Positions 35,430 through 47,386 are shown, counted from the stretch's first letter. The stretch: DNA of 64,000 bases from an uncultured Pirellulales bacterium (GCA_964511065.1 CAZEEG010000010.1:1796-65795), one strand, 5' to 3'. A program made the numbers and translations. The notes: generated by a model not told the origin, from the letters alone.

Positions 35430-36581
35430 TTACAGAATACCCGGGGCCGACACGTTGATACCCTTGAGGGCCATTTTGAGGGCGTCGACGTTGGGGGCCA
35501 CTTCAAAGGCCGTTTCGCGGTCGATCAGTTCCTTTTCGATGAGGTCCTTGAGGCTCATCGTGAAGTCTTGCATGCCTTCGGAGGCGCCGATGCGAATGGC
35601 GTCGGCCAGCTTGTCGTCCTGTTCTTCCAGGATGAGTTTTCGCACCGTACCGTTGAACAGCATCACTTCCACGGTCGGAACGCGGCTCACGCCCGGCTTG
35701 ATCGAGGGCAGCAGTTTCTGCGCGACGATCCCACGCATGTTGAAGGCGATGGCGCTGCGGAGGGCCGGGTGCATGTCCTGCGGGAACAAGTCGAGAATAC
35801 GACCGATGGTCGAGGGTGCGCTGGCGGCGTGGATCGTTCCGTAGACCAGGTGGCCCGTTTCGGCGGCGTGGATGGCCGTCATAAACGTTTCTTCGTCGCG
35901 CATTTCGCCCACCAGCATCACGTCGGGGTCTTCGCGCACGGCGTGTTTCATGCCGATGGCAAAGTCCTTAACGTCCAGCCCGATCTCGCGCTGGTTGATG
36001 AGGCACTTGTCCTCGGTGAACATGAACTCGATGGGGTCTTCGAGCGTGAGGATATGCTTGCGGTAGTTCTGGTTGATCCAGTTGAGCATCGAGGCGATGG
36101 TGGTACTTTTCCCCGAGCCCGTTACGCCCGCCAGCAGGATCAACCCCTGGTCGTACTGGCAGAGTTTCTGCATGACCGGAGGCAGGTTCAGCCCTTCAAA
36201 GTTCGGGATGAAGTTGTTCACGCGGCGGGCGACCATGCCCATGTGTCCCATCTGCTGAAGCAGGTTCACGCGGAACCGCCACCGGGTGCCATCGACATCG
36301 ACGGTGTAAGCGAAGTCGGCGCCGCCCTCGTCCTCGAAAATGCGGCGGTGGCGTTCGCCCATCATCCCCCACAGCATTTCCCGCATCTTCTCACCGCTGA
36401 TGGGCGGGGTCTTCAGGGGGCGAAGCGAGCCTTTCACGCGAACATAAGGCGGGTGTCCAACTTTCATGTGCAGGTCGCTGCCCTCCAGTTTGACCAGGGC
36501 CCTGAAGTATTGATCGACTTCGTTGGGAACCTGACCCTGAGCGGGCGCCGGCGAGGCAGTTGGCTTGGTATCGGTGGCCAT
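35430..36581 (-). CDS. pilT: type IV pilus retraction (twitching motility) ATPase PilT family
   Basis: Starting from MATDTKPT. Walker A is LLAGVTGSGKST, Walker B/Asp box is DVMLVGEMRDEET and the His box is HLVYGTIHA. The protein is 383 aa. Confidence 0.9.
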   Translation of the reverse strand: MATDTKPTASPAPAQGQVPNEVDQYFRALVKLEGSDLHMKVGHPPYVRVKGSLRPLKTPPISGEKMREMLWGMMGERHRRIFEDEGGADFAYTVDVDGTRWRFRVNLLQQMGHMGMVARRVNNFIPNFEGLNLPPVMQKLCQYDQGLILLAGVTGSGKSTTIASMLNWINQNYRKHILTLEDPIEFMFTEDKCLINQREIGLDVKDFAIGMKHAVREDPDVMLVGEMRDEETFMTAIHAAETGHLVYGTIHAASAPSTIGRILDLFPQDMHPALRSAIAFNMRGIVAQKLLPSIKPGVSRVPTVEVMLFNGTVRKLILEEQDDKLADAIRIGASEGMQDFTMSLKDLIEKELIDRETAFEVAPNVDALKMALKGINVSAPGIL

Positions 36582-36814
36582 GGCTTCTTCCCGGTGTCCT
36601 TCCTCGTGATGCAAACCGTTCCAGCCGCAGGGCGCGCCGGACCGGCAGGAGCGAATTGGGGAAATCGAACGAACAGCGCGACTCGGAGGCGCCTCAAGAA
36701 ATGTTTGCGGGCCCAGCCCGTTGCACCGCCCCCCGCAGGCGTCGGCCCTACTTCCTGGGACCATTCACTTTACCACGATTGTTACCGGTGTGAAGATGCC
36801 GGGCAAGCAGCCCC

Positions 36815-36843
36815 TTCGCAGCCGCATCCCCAGCACTTATAAT
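36815..36843 (+). promoter_or_regulatory. sigma70-like promoter candidate for leuC
   Basis: TTCGCA (36815-36820), a 17-nt spacer, then TATAAT (36838-36843). This lies about 215 nt upstream of the leuC start. Planctomycete promoter rules are poorly known. Confidence 0.3.
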
Positions 36844-37057
36844 TGACAGTTTGCCCGCCATCGGGGCTGGCGGGGCCAGCCAACCCGCCCGTGCTTACGC
36901 TATTGGGCCGGTCGTGCGGGTGGTTCGCCGCGGTCCCCCCATGGTGTAGTAGAAGCGGTGCAGTAGAAACCGCTGTACTCCCTACTGCCATTGGCTGGGC
37001 AGCCAGACAAGAAGCATTGGTCGAGTTGAGTGCCGTCAGCCAGAAGTGAGCGTCAGT

Positions 37058-38473
<1,416 letters not shown>

Positions 38474-38544
38474 CGACCGGTTCACTGCCTGCGCGGCGGG
38501 CGGAATCGTCGCGGAATCTTCCGCCGTTCCTGGAGAAATACCTC

Positions 38545-39051
38545 ATGTGCTGTGCTCGTCCCTGGTCGCTGTTGGTGTTGGTAGTGGCCTTTGGCGCGGT
38601 GGCAATTCTAGCCGCTATGGAATCGGGCGCGGTTGCCCCTGCCGCCGAGACAGCGGAAGCGAAAGCTGCCGCCGGTTCTGCCTCGCTTGAAGTGGTGCCG
38701 GTCGAGGAGAGCATGCACGAGTTCATGGAGTATGTCTTTGAGCCCGGCTACAAGCGGCTCAAGGTCGAAATGGCCAAGGCAGAGAAGGATCGCGCCGTTT
38801 GGAAAGCGATCAAGGGCGATGCCCTAACGCTGGCTGAGGCCAGCAATTTGCTGCTGGTCCGGGTTCCCGACGAAGACGGCGATGCTTGGAAGTCGCTGGC
38901 TGTCGCCACCCGCAAGGCTGGCCACTCGTTCTATCAGGCGGCCCGGGCGGCCGATTCCGCAAGCGCCGATCGAGCCTGGCGGCAGATGCTCAACAACTGT
39001 AACGCCTGCCACCAGAAATTCGCGGGCGGCGAATATCAACTTGCACCGTAA
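38545..39051 (+). CDS. secreted class-II (cytochrome c'-like, four-helix-bundle type) c-type cytochrome
   Basis: ATG at 38545 with GGAG 10 nt upstream. There is a signal/TM segment (WSLLVLVVAFGAVAILAA). The body is predicted helical, with a single C-terminal CNACHQKF heme motif as in cytochromes c'/c556. Confidence 0.6.
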   Translation: MCCARPWSLLVLVVAFGAVAILAAMESGAVAPAAETAEAKAAAGSASLEVVPVEESMHEFMEYVFEPGYKRLKVEMAKAEKDRAVWKAIKGDALTLAEASNLLLVRVPDEDGDAWKSLAVATRKAGHSFYQAARAADSASADRAWRQMLNNCNACHQKFAGGEYQLAP

Positions 39052-39370
39052 GCTGCGCTTGGCACCACGCCCTTCGATCACCCTTGGCAGCGAAGGATAC
39101 CCGACAGGCTGGGCACTCTTGCGCGGTGTTACGCGCGCATCGGGCGGGGCCGGCTGGAACGATTTTTCGTGACATCCCGCGCGTGCTGCGCCGCTAAACC
39201 CTGGCAGCGGCAAGGGGGGCCCGCCCCATGGCGTATTGCCTTTAGTACCCCACTTTAGGAAATCCTGGCCTAAACTTCCCATAGTGGCGCCCCCCGTTGG
39301 CGCAGTGTTCGGTGGATTTCCGATTGGCGCCTCTCTTTGAAGGGGGCGCACCCTGTGGGGAGATTCTACG

Positions 39371-39694
39371 ATGGCCAATGCGGCAATGATCGTTCCCGAG
39401 GACATGGCAGACGTCTTCAACGCGATGTCTCAGGATTGCGGGACCGTGCAGCGTCAATGGATTGGCGACGCTGTCGAGCAATCGCTGCGGCAGCAATCCA
39501 TCTCGTTTGACCTGCGGGACAAGGTTCGTCGGGCGATCCAGGATGCCGACGCCGAGCAACTGCCCGAATGCTTCAGCCATCCCAAGTTGTGGGTGGCCCT
39601 GCGGGCAGCATTTAAGGATCGGGTTGCCGTGAGTAACCGCCCGATGGGACTGCCAGCAACGCTATTGTCGGCTATCAATCACTTGAGTCGGTGA
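39371..39694 (+). CDS. hypothetical protein (107 aa)
   Basis: GGGGAG lies 8 nt before the ATG. Composition is coding-like. I recognise no family. Confidence 0.45.
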   Translation: MANAAMIVPEDMADVFNAMSQDCGTVQRQWIGDAVEQSLRQQSISFDLRDKVRRAIQDADAEQLPECFSHPKLWVALRAAFKDRVAVSNRPMGLPATLLSAINHLSR

Positions 39695-39914
39695 GCGATC
39701 GCTTGCCAGCATGCCGTCGCATTTCCGGCATAACCGCTACGGCCTTCCTGGTTTACCGGGCTGCCTGACAAGCTGGGCGAGGTTTGATGCCAGCGTAGTG
39801 GTGGTTAATGGCCTGTTGGGGTGGCGCCCGATCAATCCAGGTGTGTGCTACAGCGCCATTTCCCGCAGGCCGCTAGCACAGCTGGCAACACTCCGCGCCT
39901 CACCCAACGGCCCT

Positions 39915-41330
39915 ATGCGACGAACCACCCACCCCAGCCTGCGCCGCCGTCGTCTGAAACGCAGTCACGCCTCATCGCGCGGCAACGGCATATCCCGATC
40001 GCGGCCAAGGGGCGCCGGACCGGCGATCCTGGCGATCGCCGTGGTCTTTGCCTGGTGTACCGCCTGGCAGCCTGCCGGAGCATCTGAACTGCGGCGGACG
40101 GCCATCGTCAAAGCCGTTCAGCAGGCCGCACCTGCGGTCGTTTACATCCGTGGCGAAAAAACGGTCGTTCAGTCTACCGGCTACGATCTGCACGAAACCG
40201 CGCGCCGCGTTAACGGGATGGGCACGGGCCTCATCATCGACGAGCGAGGCTATATTCTCACCAATTCGCACGTGGTCGAAGGCGTCGAACGCATCCAGGT
40301 CACGCTGCACAATGGCCGCGCCTACACCGCGAAACGCATTGCTGAAGATTCCCAAGACGACCTGGCCATCATCAAGATCGATGCCGAATCCAGGTTGAGC
40401 ACCATTCGCGTTGGTACCTCGCGCGACTTGCTGCTCGGCGAACCGGTGATCGCGATGGGCAACCCCTATGGATACGAACAGACCATTACCCGCGGCGTCA
40501 TCAGCGCCTTGCACCGCGACGTGCAAATCACGGATACTCAGGTCTACAAGGATCTGATCCAGACCGATGCCAGCATTAACCCTGGCAACTCCGGCGGGCC
40601 GCTGCTCAATATTGACGGCGAGTTGATTGGCGTTACCGTGGCGGTACGGGCAGGCGCACAGGGCATTGGTTTTGCCATTCCCGTGGATAAAGCCATGGCG
40701 GTGGCCGCCAGGCTCGTGAGCGATCACGTGAGCCGCGAGGTGTTTCATGGCCTGACGGTGGCCGATCTCGAAAGCGGCACCGGTGCATTCGTCCAGCGCG
40801 TGGTACCGGAAAGCCCGCTGGCAGACCAGATTCAGGCTGGCGACCGCATTATTGACGTGAACGGCCGCCGCGTGGATCGCTCGCTGGACTTTGGCTGCGT
40901 GTTGCTGGAGCGTCGGCCGGGCGATGAACTCACGATTACGGTGGCACGCAATGGCGGAGGAACCGAGCGGATTCGGTTGCCGCTACAGGAAGCGATGCAG
41001 CCTGTGGCACTGGTCGATGATCTCACCTGGACCCGGCTGGGCCTGCGGCTTGAAGCGATCCCGGCCGATTCCTTCCGCAGTCTTACGACCCGCTACCGTG
41101 GCGGTCTGAAGGTGACCGACGTTCGGCCCGCCAGCCCCGCTGCGCGGCAAGGCATCCGGCGTGGCGACATCCTGCTCGGCATGCACGTTTGGGAAACGAT
41201 CAGCCAGGAGAACGTGGCCTATATTCTCAATCGGCCGGACTTCAACATGCTCTCACCGTTAAAATTCTATATCCTCCGGGGCGGCGAGACGCTGTACGGC
41301 CACCTGCCCGTCACGGCAAGCCAGCCGTAG
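39915..41330 (+). CDS. HtrA/DegP-family periplasmic serine protease with PDZ domains
   Basis: The catalytic triad contexts are TNSHVV, DDLAIIKID and GNSGGPLL. Two PDZ-like segments follow. The N-terminal anchor is AILAIAVVFAWCTAW. Confidence 0.9.
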   Translation: MRRTTHPSLRRRRLKRSHASSRGNGISRSRPRGAGPAILAIAVVFAWCTAWQPAGASELRRTAIVKAVQQAAPAVVYIRGEKTVVQSTGYDLHETARRVNGMGTGLIIDERGYILTNSHVVEGVERIQVTLHNGRAYTAKRIAEDSQDDLAIIKIDAESRLSTIRVGTSRDLLLGEPVIAMGNPYGYEQTITRGVISALHRDVQITDTQVYKDLIQTDASINPGNSGGPLLNIDGELIGVTVAVRAGAQGIGFAIPVDKAMAVAARLVSDHVSREVFHGLTVADLESGTGAFVQRVVPESPLADQIQAGDRIIDVNGRRVDRSLDFGCVLLERRPGDELTITVARNGGGTERIRLPLQEAMQPVALVDDLTWTRLGLRLEAIPADSFRSLTTRYRGGLKVTDVRPASPAARQGIRRGDILLGMHVWETISQENVAYILNRPDFNMLSPLKFYILRGGETLYGHLPVTASQP

Positions 41331-41439
41331 AGCCGGTACCACCGGCCGCATTCGACCGACGCATGCGCCAAAGCTCGGGGGATACGACGGTTTCCTCCAT
41401 GCACATAGGACGTCCGCCAATAGCCGGACCAACACAGCC

Positions 41440-41979
41440 ATGCGCATTGGCGTTTTTGCGGACAGCCACGATCACGTCGATAACGTCCGCCACGCGGTGG
41501 ACGAGTTCAACCGTCGCCAATGCGAATTGGTGATCTTTGCCGGCGATCTGGTTTCCACGTTGGTGGTGCCGGCGCTCCGCTCTTTGAAGTGCCGCATCGT
41601 TGCTTGTTTCGGCGACAACGAGGGCAATAAGGTCGGGCTAAGAAGTGGTTTTCGCATCCTGGGAACGCTCGCCGATCCGCCGTTTGGCTTTCGTGCGGCG
41701 GACGGGACGCGGATTGTGATCACCCACCAGTTCCAATTGCTAAAGAACGATTTCGCGGGGTGCGATCTGGTGGTGTACGCCCACACCCATCGGCCGAACA
41801 TTTCGCAGGTGGAAGGCGGACCGCTGCTGGTGAATCCCGGCGAAACCAGCGGCTGGACCTATCGGCAGCCGTCGATTGCCGTGGTGGAAACATCGCCGTT
41901 GAGCGCCCAGATCGTGCGTCTGCCGGACATGCCAGCGGCCGTGCCAAGGCAGATCAACCAATCGAGCCGGTATCGCTAG
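41440..41979 (+). CDS. YfcE/MJ0936-type metallophosphoesterase
   Basis: Motifs are MRIGVFADSHD, IFAGDLVS, GDNEGN and VYAHTHRP. Confidence 0.8.
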   Translation: MRIGVFADSHDHVDNVRHAVDEFNRRQCELVIFAGDLVSTLVVPALRSLKCRIVACFGDNEGNKVGLRSGFRILGTLADPPFGFRAADGTRIVITHQFQLLKNDFAGCDLVVYAHTHRPNISQVEGGPLLVNPGETSGWTYRQPSIAVVETSPLSAQIVRLPDMPAAVPRQINQSSRYR

Positions 41980-43688
41980 TCGGCGGAGGTGCCGGCCGTA
42001 AGCTGTGGCTGCACCACCTCCAGCGGACGCGATCCCATGCTGGCCTCGCGGTGCCCTTGCAGGTAGCCCACCACGTGGCACTTACCCAGGAAGGCGGCTG
42101 GCAGCGGCACTGTTACGCGGAATCGGCCGTCGCGGCACTCGGTTTCCACGGCGACCAACCGCCGGTCGTTCGCTTTCTGGTAAATGGCCTGGTAGTTGGC
42201 GCGTTGCGTTTCGCTGCCGGTGGGCGGCTCTTTGGGTGGCGGCGTGAAGGTCAGTTTGTCGCGCGGCACCACCACCTCAATCGTACAGGGGCCGTCGATG
42301 GCGCACGTGCCGGTGATCTCGATTTCCCTGCCTTGAACGATGCGATCAGGAAATTCCAGTTCCATTTGCTGAGGCCGGGGGACGCGCAGCAGAGGGTCGC
42401 CCAGCAGGTTGAACAGTTCCAGGTGTTCGCGGCGTTCGGCATCGAGGTCGCTGTGAATCCCCAGCGTCGAAGCCAGCGTGTCGAGCAGTATGGCCGTGGG
42501 ACCGTCGCGGCGGCCCAAGACCATGTTTCGCTTGGCGTGCAGCATGATCTCGCCGATGGTGGCCCGGCGGTTTTCAAAGCACTCTTTGAGCAGTTCCCGG
42601 CCCAGCACCGTCATCGCGTATGGCATCGTGGTTCGCGAACCGCTGAAGACACTGACCGGGCCGCCGGGGCTGTGCAGCAGTTCTTCGGCCAGGCAGTCTT
42701 CTTCGCGGTCGAAGGCACCCGTATAGCATGCCAGGAACAAGGCTATTGGCGCACCCTGCTGGCAAGCCAGGCGGGTCACGTCATCGCAGTGCAGGATCGC
42801 CCGATAACCCTGGTTGGGCAGCCGAATCCAATCGAGCCCCCGGGGATGCCCATGACCGATGTACACCCAGAACAGCCCGCCCTCGTTGAGCCGATTCAGA
42901 GCGGTGGCCGGGAACAGTTCCAGGGGAGGGCAATAAGGACTGGCCCAACTGGCATACGTCATCGACGTGACATACTCGGTTGGCACGCCCTCGCTGATGA
43001 AGCGCTGAGCACACATCTCGAGCACTTTATCCGCCAGTTGCCCAAATCCGCCTAACCCGGCTACAAAATGGATGCGGCGCCGCGCCGGGCCGCTAAACGC
43101 TTCGACTTCGTGCGCCGCAATCTTGCGGACCACCACGGACAACTGCTCGGGCGTATCGACAGGGAACCGCCCCACGGCCAGTTCCGGCACGCCGTCGCCA
43201 TCGAGGTCGCCATAGCGGTTGTCGCCCGCAATATCGCGGTCTTCTCCAATGGTGCGAATGATCTTGGCCGGAGTATGAAAGGTGGGAACACACCGGGCCG
43301 CCAGTGCCGGGACGTGGCCCAAGCCGGGCTCGGCGTCGCCCACCAAAAGCACAAACCGCAGGTGAGGGTAGGTCTTGGCGGCCTCGCGGATACGTGATCG
43401 AATTTCCTCAGCGGTGCCGTCGGCCGCCACGAATACCAGCCCATGGCCTTGTTCGGCCCGGAGTCGCACCCAGGGCTGGAGCGCTTCGCGAAAGACGGGT
43501 GGACACACCACGGCGGTATCGACGGTCGCCGCCGCGGCCGTTGTGCTCGGTTGGTTGGCATCGGGCGCGCCCGATACCGCGGGGCCGAGCAACATCAGCA
43601 CCAGTGCCCAGGCAGCGGCAGCGATCAGCAGAGCCGACTTGTGAGCGCGGCGGATATCCAAGCAGAAATCGGGGAAGCGGCCTGCCAT
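41976..43688 (-). CDS. peptidase C25 (gingipain)-like clan-CD cysteine peptidase, N-terminally anchored
   Basis: Motifs are LLVGDAE..., IAGDNRYGDLDGDGVPELAVGRFPV, the His context VYIGHGHP and the Cys context ALFLACYTGAFD about 45 aa later. The start was chosen at MAGRFPDF before a TM segment. Confidence 0.65.
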   Translation of the reverse strand: MAGRFPDFCLDIRRAHKSALLIAAAAWALVLMLLGPAVSGAPDANQPSTTAAAATVDTAVVCPPVFREALQPWVRLRAEQGHGLVFVAADGTAEEIRSRIREAAKTYPHLRFVLLVGDAEPGLGHVPALAARCVPTFHTPAKIIRTIGEDRDIAGDNRYGDLDGDGVPELAVGRFPVDTPEQLSVVVRKIAAHEVEAFSGPARRRIHFVAGLGGFGQLADKVLEMCAQRFISEGVPTEYVTSMTYASWASPYCPPLELFPATALNRLNEGGLFWVYIGHGHPRGLDWIRLPNQGYRAILHCDDVTRLACQQGAPIALFLACYTGAFDREEDCLAEELLHSPGGPVSVFSGSRTTMPYAMTVLGRELLKECFENRRATIGEIMLHAKRNMVLGRRDGPTAILLDTLASTLGIHSDLDAERREHLELFNLLGDPLLRVPRPQQMELEFPDRIVQGREIEITGTCAIDGPCTIEVVVPRDKLTFTPPPKEPPTGSETQRANYQAIYQKANDRRLVAVETECRDGRFRVTVPLPAAFLGKCHVVGYLQGHREASMGSRPLEVVQPQLTAGTSAD

Positions 43689-44079
43689 GACAGCGTCGGT
43701 CTCCGCACGATGGAAGGAATCTGCATACGCGATTGAGGGACGGCTGAAAACCGGTTGCCAGCCGCCGCGCTGCAAAAGCACGCATGGCTGGTAAGCGGAT
43801 ACCGAGTTCGGGCGGTGCGGTTGATGACGTTGGATAGCGGCCGCTCGCAAGCCCCCTCCCGTTGGGGCCGAATGCCGAGCAAGCGTCCACGGCAGCGACT
43901 GGCCCGCCCGCGCCGCCGGGACGCAGCTTGCCCGGTCGTCTCCTCATCATATCGGATCGGTGCCCCGGGGGCGAAGCTGCTATGCCCCGGCAAACGCGAC
44001 CCGCCCGGCCTCATCGGCCGGGACCGTGCCGACAGGTCACGTGGTGACGCCGCCGGCTAGCGTTGCCTGCAAGCGTTCG

Positions 44080-45618
44080 CTAACCCACCATCCGACTGAT
44101 CCAGCCCCAGATCAACCAAACGGTGAAAAACCCGAAGAACAATACCGACCAACCCAAAATGGCACAACGCCAGAGACTCATCCGCACGCCCGGCGGCAAG
44201 GCCCTCCGGTTCAAGTACAACAGGGTTCCGCTGTACAGAAACATCACCACACCGTTGAGCGATGCGGTCACTTCAAACATGGCCAGCGTCCCTGGAGCCA
44301 GGGCCAGGATCACCACCCCCAGGAGGATCGTCCCCCACAGGAACAGGTAATACAGCCGGCTTTCGGTCCAGCGGTCGTTATTGCGCAGCCAGTTGACCTT
44401 GACGATATCGGTGGAAATTCGCGAACAGGCATCCAGTACGCCGAACTCCGTAGTCAGCAGGATAGCGGTCCCCATCACCAGAAACATGATCCGGGCAAAA
44501 CCTCCAATGGACGGCAATCGCGCGGCGATGCCGTCGGCCTCCTCGGCAATGAACGAAAGATCGCTCCGGCCGCCGCTTTGAATATCATCCGCCAACGCGC
44601 CATCGGGCGTGTAAAACACGCTGTAGCAGATCAGCGTCAGCGCTACCAGGCACAGCAGGCACGTCAGGAAGAACGAAACAAAATGCTCCATGCTGGCCGC
44701 GCGCCACCACTTCCGCCAGCGCTCCCGGTTGAGTTCGGTATCGCGGAAGTGGTATCCCACCTCCACCACGGCTTCTTCCTGCCCGGTGATGGGGCTGGTG
44801 ATGCGGCCGATGTAGGCCCCCATGCCGTAGCCTTTGTCTTTGATGTAGTTGCTTTGGCCCAGGTTCAAGGTGCCGCCCGCACCTGCGAAAGCCAACGCTC
44901 CTAACAGCATGGCGGTCGATAGAGCCTGGGTATCGGGCAGTTGGCCCACGGTCACTGCGCCTTTCAGCAGCGCCACCACGGCATCGCCGCGCACCAACAT
45001 TGCCGCCAACACGACCACCATCACCAGGATCGCTGTCACCAAGAACCCTTGCACGCGCTCGACGGTTTCGTACACCACCGGGCCGGCCGTCAGGATGGCC
45101 CCGCAAATCAGCAACCCAGCGATAGCCAGCGGAAAGACGTAAGGACTGGTGATGCCGCCATCGGGCGTGGCCTCAGCACCAAAAATGAGCCAACTGGACA
45201 GGTCGGCCGCCCCCTTGGCCCAGGCCGGGATCATCCAGGGCACCACGTTCATCAACAAGAACACCCAGGCCCAGTGTTTGCTGAGCCGGCAAAAGCCGGT
45301 GATGGCGCTTTCGCCGGTGGCCAGCGTCCAGCGCGTGATTTCCATGTTGAGGAAATACTGCGTGGCCACGCCCAAAATGCAGGCCCAAAAGAACACAAAC
45401 TTGGAGTGGTAAACGATATTGGGCCACAGCACGAACTCGCCGCTGCCCAATGCCAGTCCCGCCAGGATGATGCTCGGGCCCAGCATGCGCCGCAGGGGTA
45501 CGACCTCGGGCAGGTCGCGATACCGCAGCGGTGGCAACTTGCCGCGCGGAATGACATGCTCGGGCACCACCTCGTCGTCGCCGGCCGATGCCACCGGGGC
45601 CGTCGGTTTACTTGCCAT
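44080..45618 (-). CDS. Nramp-superfamily transporter, divergent (canonical DPGN metal-site motif not conserved)
   Basis: About 11-12 TM segments. LGPSIILAGLALGSGEFVLWP aligns by eye with MntH FLGPGFIVAIGYIDPGNFATN, giving D->G and N->E. Confidence 0.65.
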   Translation of the reverse strand: MASKPTAPVASAGDDEVVPEHVIPRGKLPPLRYRDLPEVVPLRRMLGPSIILAGLALGSGEFVLWPNIVYHSKFVFFWACILGVATQYFLNMEITRWTLATGESAITGFCRLSKHWAWVFLLMNVVPWMIPAWAKGAADLSSWLIFGAEATPDGGITSPYVFPLAIAGLLICGAILTAGPVVYETVERVQGFLVTAILVMVVVLAAMLVRGDAVVALLKGAVTVGQLPDTQALSTAMLLGALAFAGAGGTLNLGQSNYIKDKGYGMGAYIGRITSPITGQEEAVVEVGYHFRDTELNRERWRKWWRAASMEHFVSFFLTCLLCLVALTLICYSVFYTPDGALADDIQSGGRSDLSFIAEEADGIAARLPSIGGFARIMFLVMGTAILLTTEFGVLDACSRISTDIVKVNWLRNNDRWTESRLYYLFLWGTILLGVVILALAPGTLAMFEVTASLNGVVMFLYSGTLLYLNRRALPPGVRMSLWRCAILGWSVLFFGFFTVWLIWGWISRMVG

Positions 45619-45964
45619 GGATCGAGCGCAAAAAGTAAGCGTGCGGCGAATCAATCAAAGGCCGTTCGCAGAATTTCGCCGTGGAGCAATCATGCCATGA
45701 ACCCGCGGCGCGGCTCAAGGCTTTTTGTCGCTCCTGCTCGACATCGACTTCGCGGACGCAGAGGGAAGGTTCAAGCTGCTCGGCGCGGTTCACGGCCGTT
45801 TGTGGCCCCTGCCCGACGGAATACGGTTCCCTCCCAATCCGGCCCACCAAGCCCATGGCCGATCCGCTGCTACGGATTGGGCGACCGATCACGATGCTGC
45901 GACCATTGGGCCGGCCCCTCTCGCGGATGGCAGGCCATCCGGGCGGCAACCGCAGGGGGGCGCA

Positions 45965-47386
45965 TCACAGCGTTTTCAGGTACTCGAGGACGGCCTTCTT
46001 TTCTTCCTCGCTGAGTGATTCAGGGAAGGTGTGGCCTGCGGCACTCTTGCCGAAGCGGCGTGTGTCGAAGTACCAACGTTTTTCGGCCTTGGTTTCGGCG
46101 TCCTGGGGCACCTCGCCGAACGTCTCGATTTCCAGGCCGACCTTTTCGGGATCGTAGCCATCGATGCTTCGCCGCCACACGGTAGGGCGTTCATCGGCAT
46201 GGAGTACGTGCCACAACGTAGGCACTGAACCGTTATGGAAGTACGGGGCGGACGCCCAAATGCCATCCAAGGGTGGGGCCACGTAACCGCCTGGATCGAG
46301 CGTGACCTGCTTCTCCCCGTAGTTTGAGAACCAGTTGGCCTGATAGCGGGCGCGATGCTGGGGCGTCAGCGCTTGCAGGCGGACCGGATCGGTACCGACT
46401 TCGTCGATGGGCACGATCCGGTTGGGATAGGTCCATGATTGCCCGTAGGTGCCGTGGCATTCGGCGCAGTTGCGGTTGAACACCTGCTCGCCGCGCGCGG
46501 CCAGCGCTTCGTCGATGGGGAACGGATAACGGGGCGGTTCGAGCGACAGGATCCAGTCGTAGATTTTCCGGTAATCGCTTTCCCAATCGCGGATTCGCTT
46601 GCCGCTGTTCTCTGGCGTCATCAAGAACTGCATCAAGGCCCGATGATCGCGCTCCGCGAACCCGTCGGCGTACAGCACCTTCTTCTTTTTCATCAGCCAC
46701 CAGGCCGGAGCGTCCATGTCGTGGTGGACCATCTCGGGCAGCCCGCGGTCGTAGACCAGTTCCAGGTCGTCATCGCGGGTGGCCTCCAGCAAGACTCCGA
46801 ACATGACCGCGTTGGTGGTGCCCACGTTGTCGCCTTGGGGAAAGACACCAGCCGCCACGTCGCGGAGCGAGAACCGGCCTTGTTTCCGCCGGGCAGCCTT
46901 CACGTCCTCAGATAGGGTCTGCATGGCGAACAACGTGTTGGGGGCGCCGGGAATGACCTTGCCGGCCACTTTGCCACCGTGACAACTGAAGCAGTTGATC
47001 GACCAGCCCCCATTGCCGTCGTCGGTATATTGCAAAGGAATGGGGCCTTCGCGGCCTGGCGCCGGCGTCAGCCCGTAGCGGTCGAACGCCATTTGCCGGC
47101 GTACTTCGAGGTTCGCGTTCGCGGCCTGTTCTGCCAGCGGTTTCTCCCAAACCTGGTGAAGTTGATCGAATAACTCCTGGTTGAAGGCGGCCTTGACGTA
47201 CGGCTTGTTCAGCAAGAGGCGATAGCCTTCGTGGTCGATGGTCGTGGAGACGCCGTCATCGCCGGGGGGCTCCGATACCTCGGCCCCTGCGGCCGTTCCA
47301 TCGCACCCGAAGGAAATGGCGAAGCAGCATGCCAAGACCATCATCGCGGCAGGGAAGGGGCTTAGCTGCGCGGAAGAACGACCCAT
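45965..47386 (-). CDS. secreted di-heme c-type cytochrome, cytochrome-c-peroxidase/MauG-like
   Basis: AAGGTGGAG lies just upstream of the ATG at 47386. There are two CxxCH motifs (CFSCHGG and CAECHGT). PPLDGIWASAPYFHNGSVPTLWHVL resembles the CCP/MauG C-terminal motif. Confidence 0.65.
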   Translation of the reverse strand: MGRSSAQLSPFPAAMMVLACCFAISFGCDGTAAGAEVSEPPGDDGVSTTIDHEGYRLLLNKPYVKAAFNQELFDQLHQVWEKPLAEQAANANLEVRRQMAFDRYGLTPAPGREGPIPLQYTDDGNGGWSINCFSCHGGKVAGKVIPGAPNTLFAMQTLSEDVKAARRKQGRFSLRDVAAGVFPQGDNVGTTNAVMFGVLLEATRDDDLELVYDRGLPEMVHHDMDAPAWWLMKKKKVLYADGFAERDHRALMQFLMTPENSGKRIRDWESDYRKIYDWILSLEPPRYPFPIDEALAARGEQVFNRNCAECHGTYGQSWTYPNRIVPIDEVGTDPVRLQALTPQHRARYQANWFSNYGEKQVTLDPGGYVAPPLDGIWASAPYFHNGSVPTLWHVLHADERPTVWRRSIDGYDPEKVGLEIETFGEVPQDAETKAEKRWYFDTRRFGKSAAGHTFPESLSEEEKKAVLEYLKTL

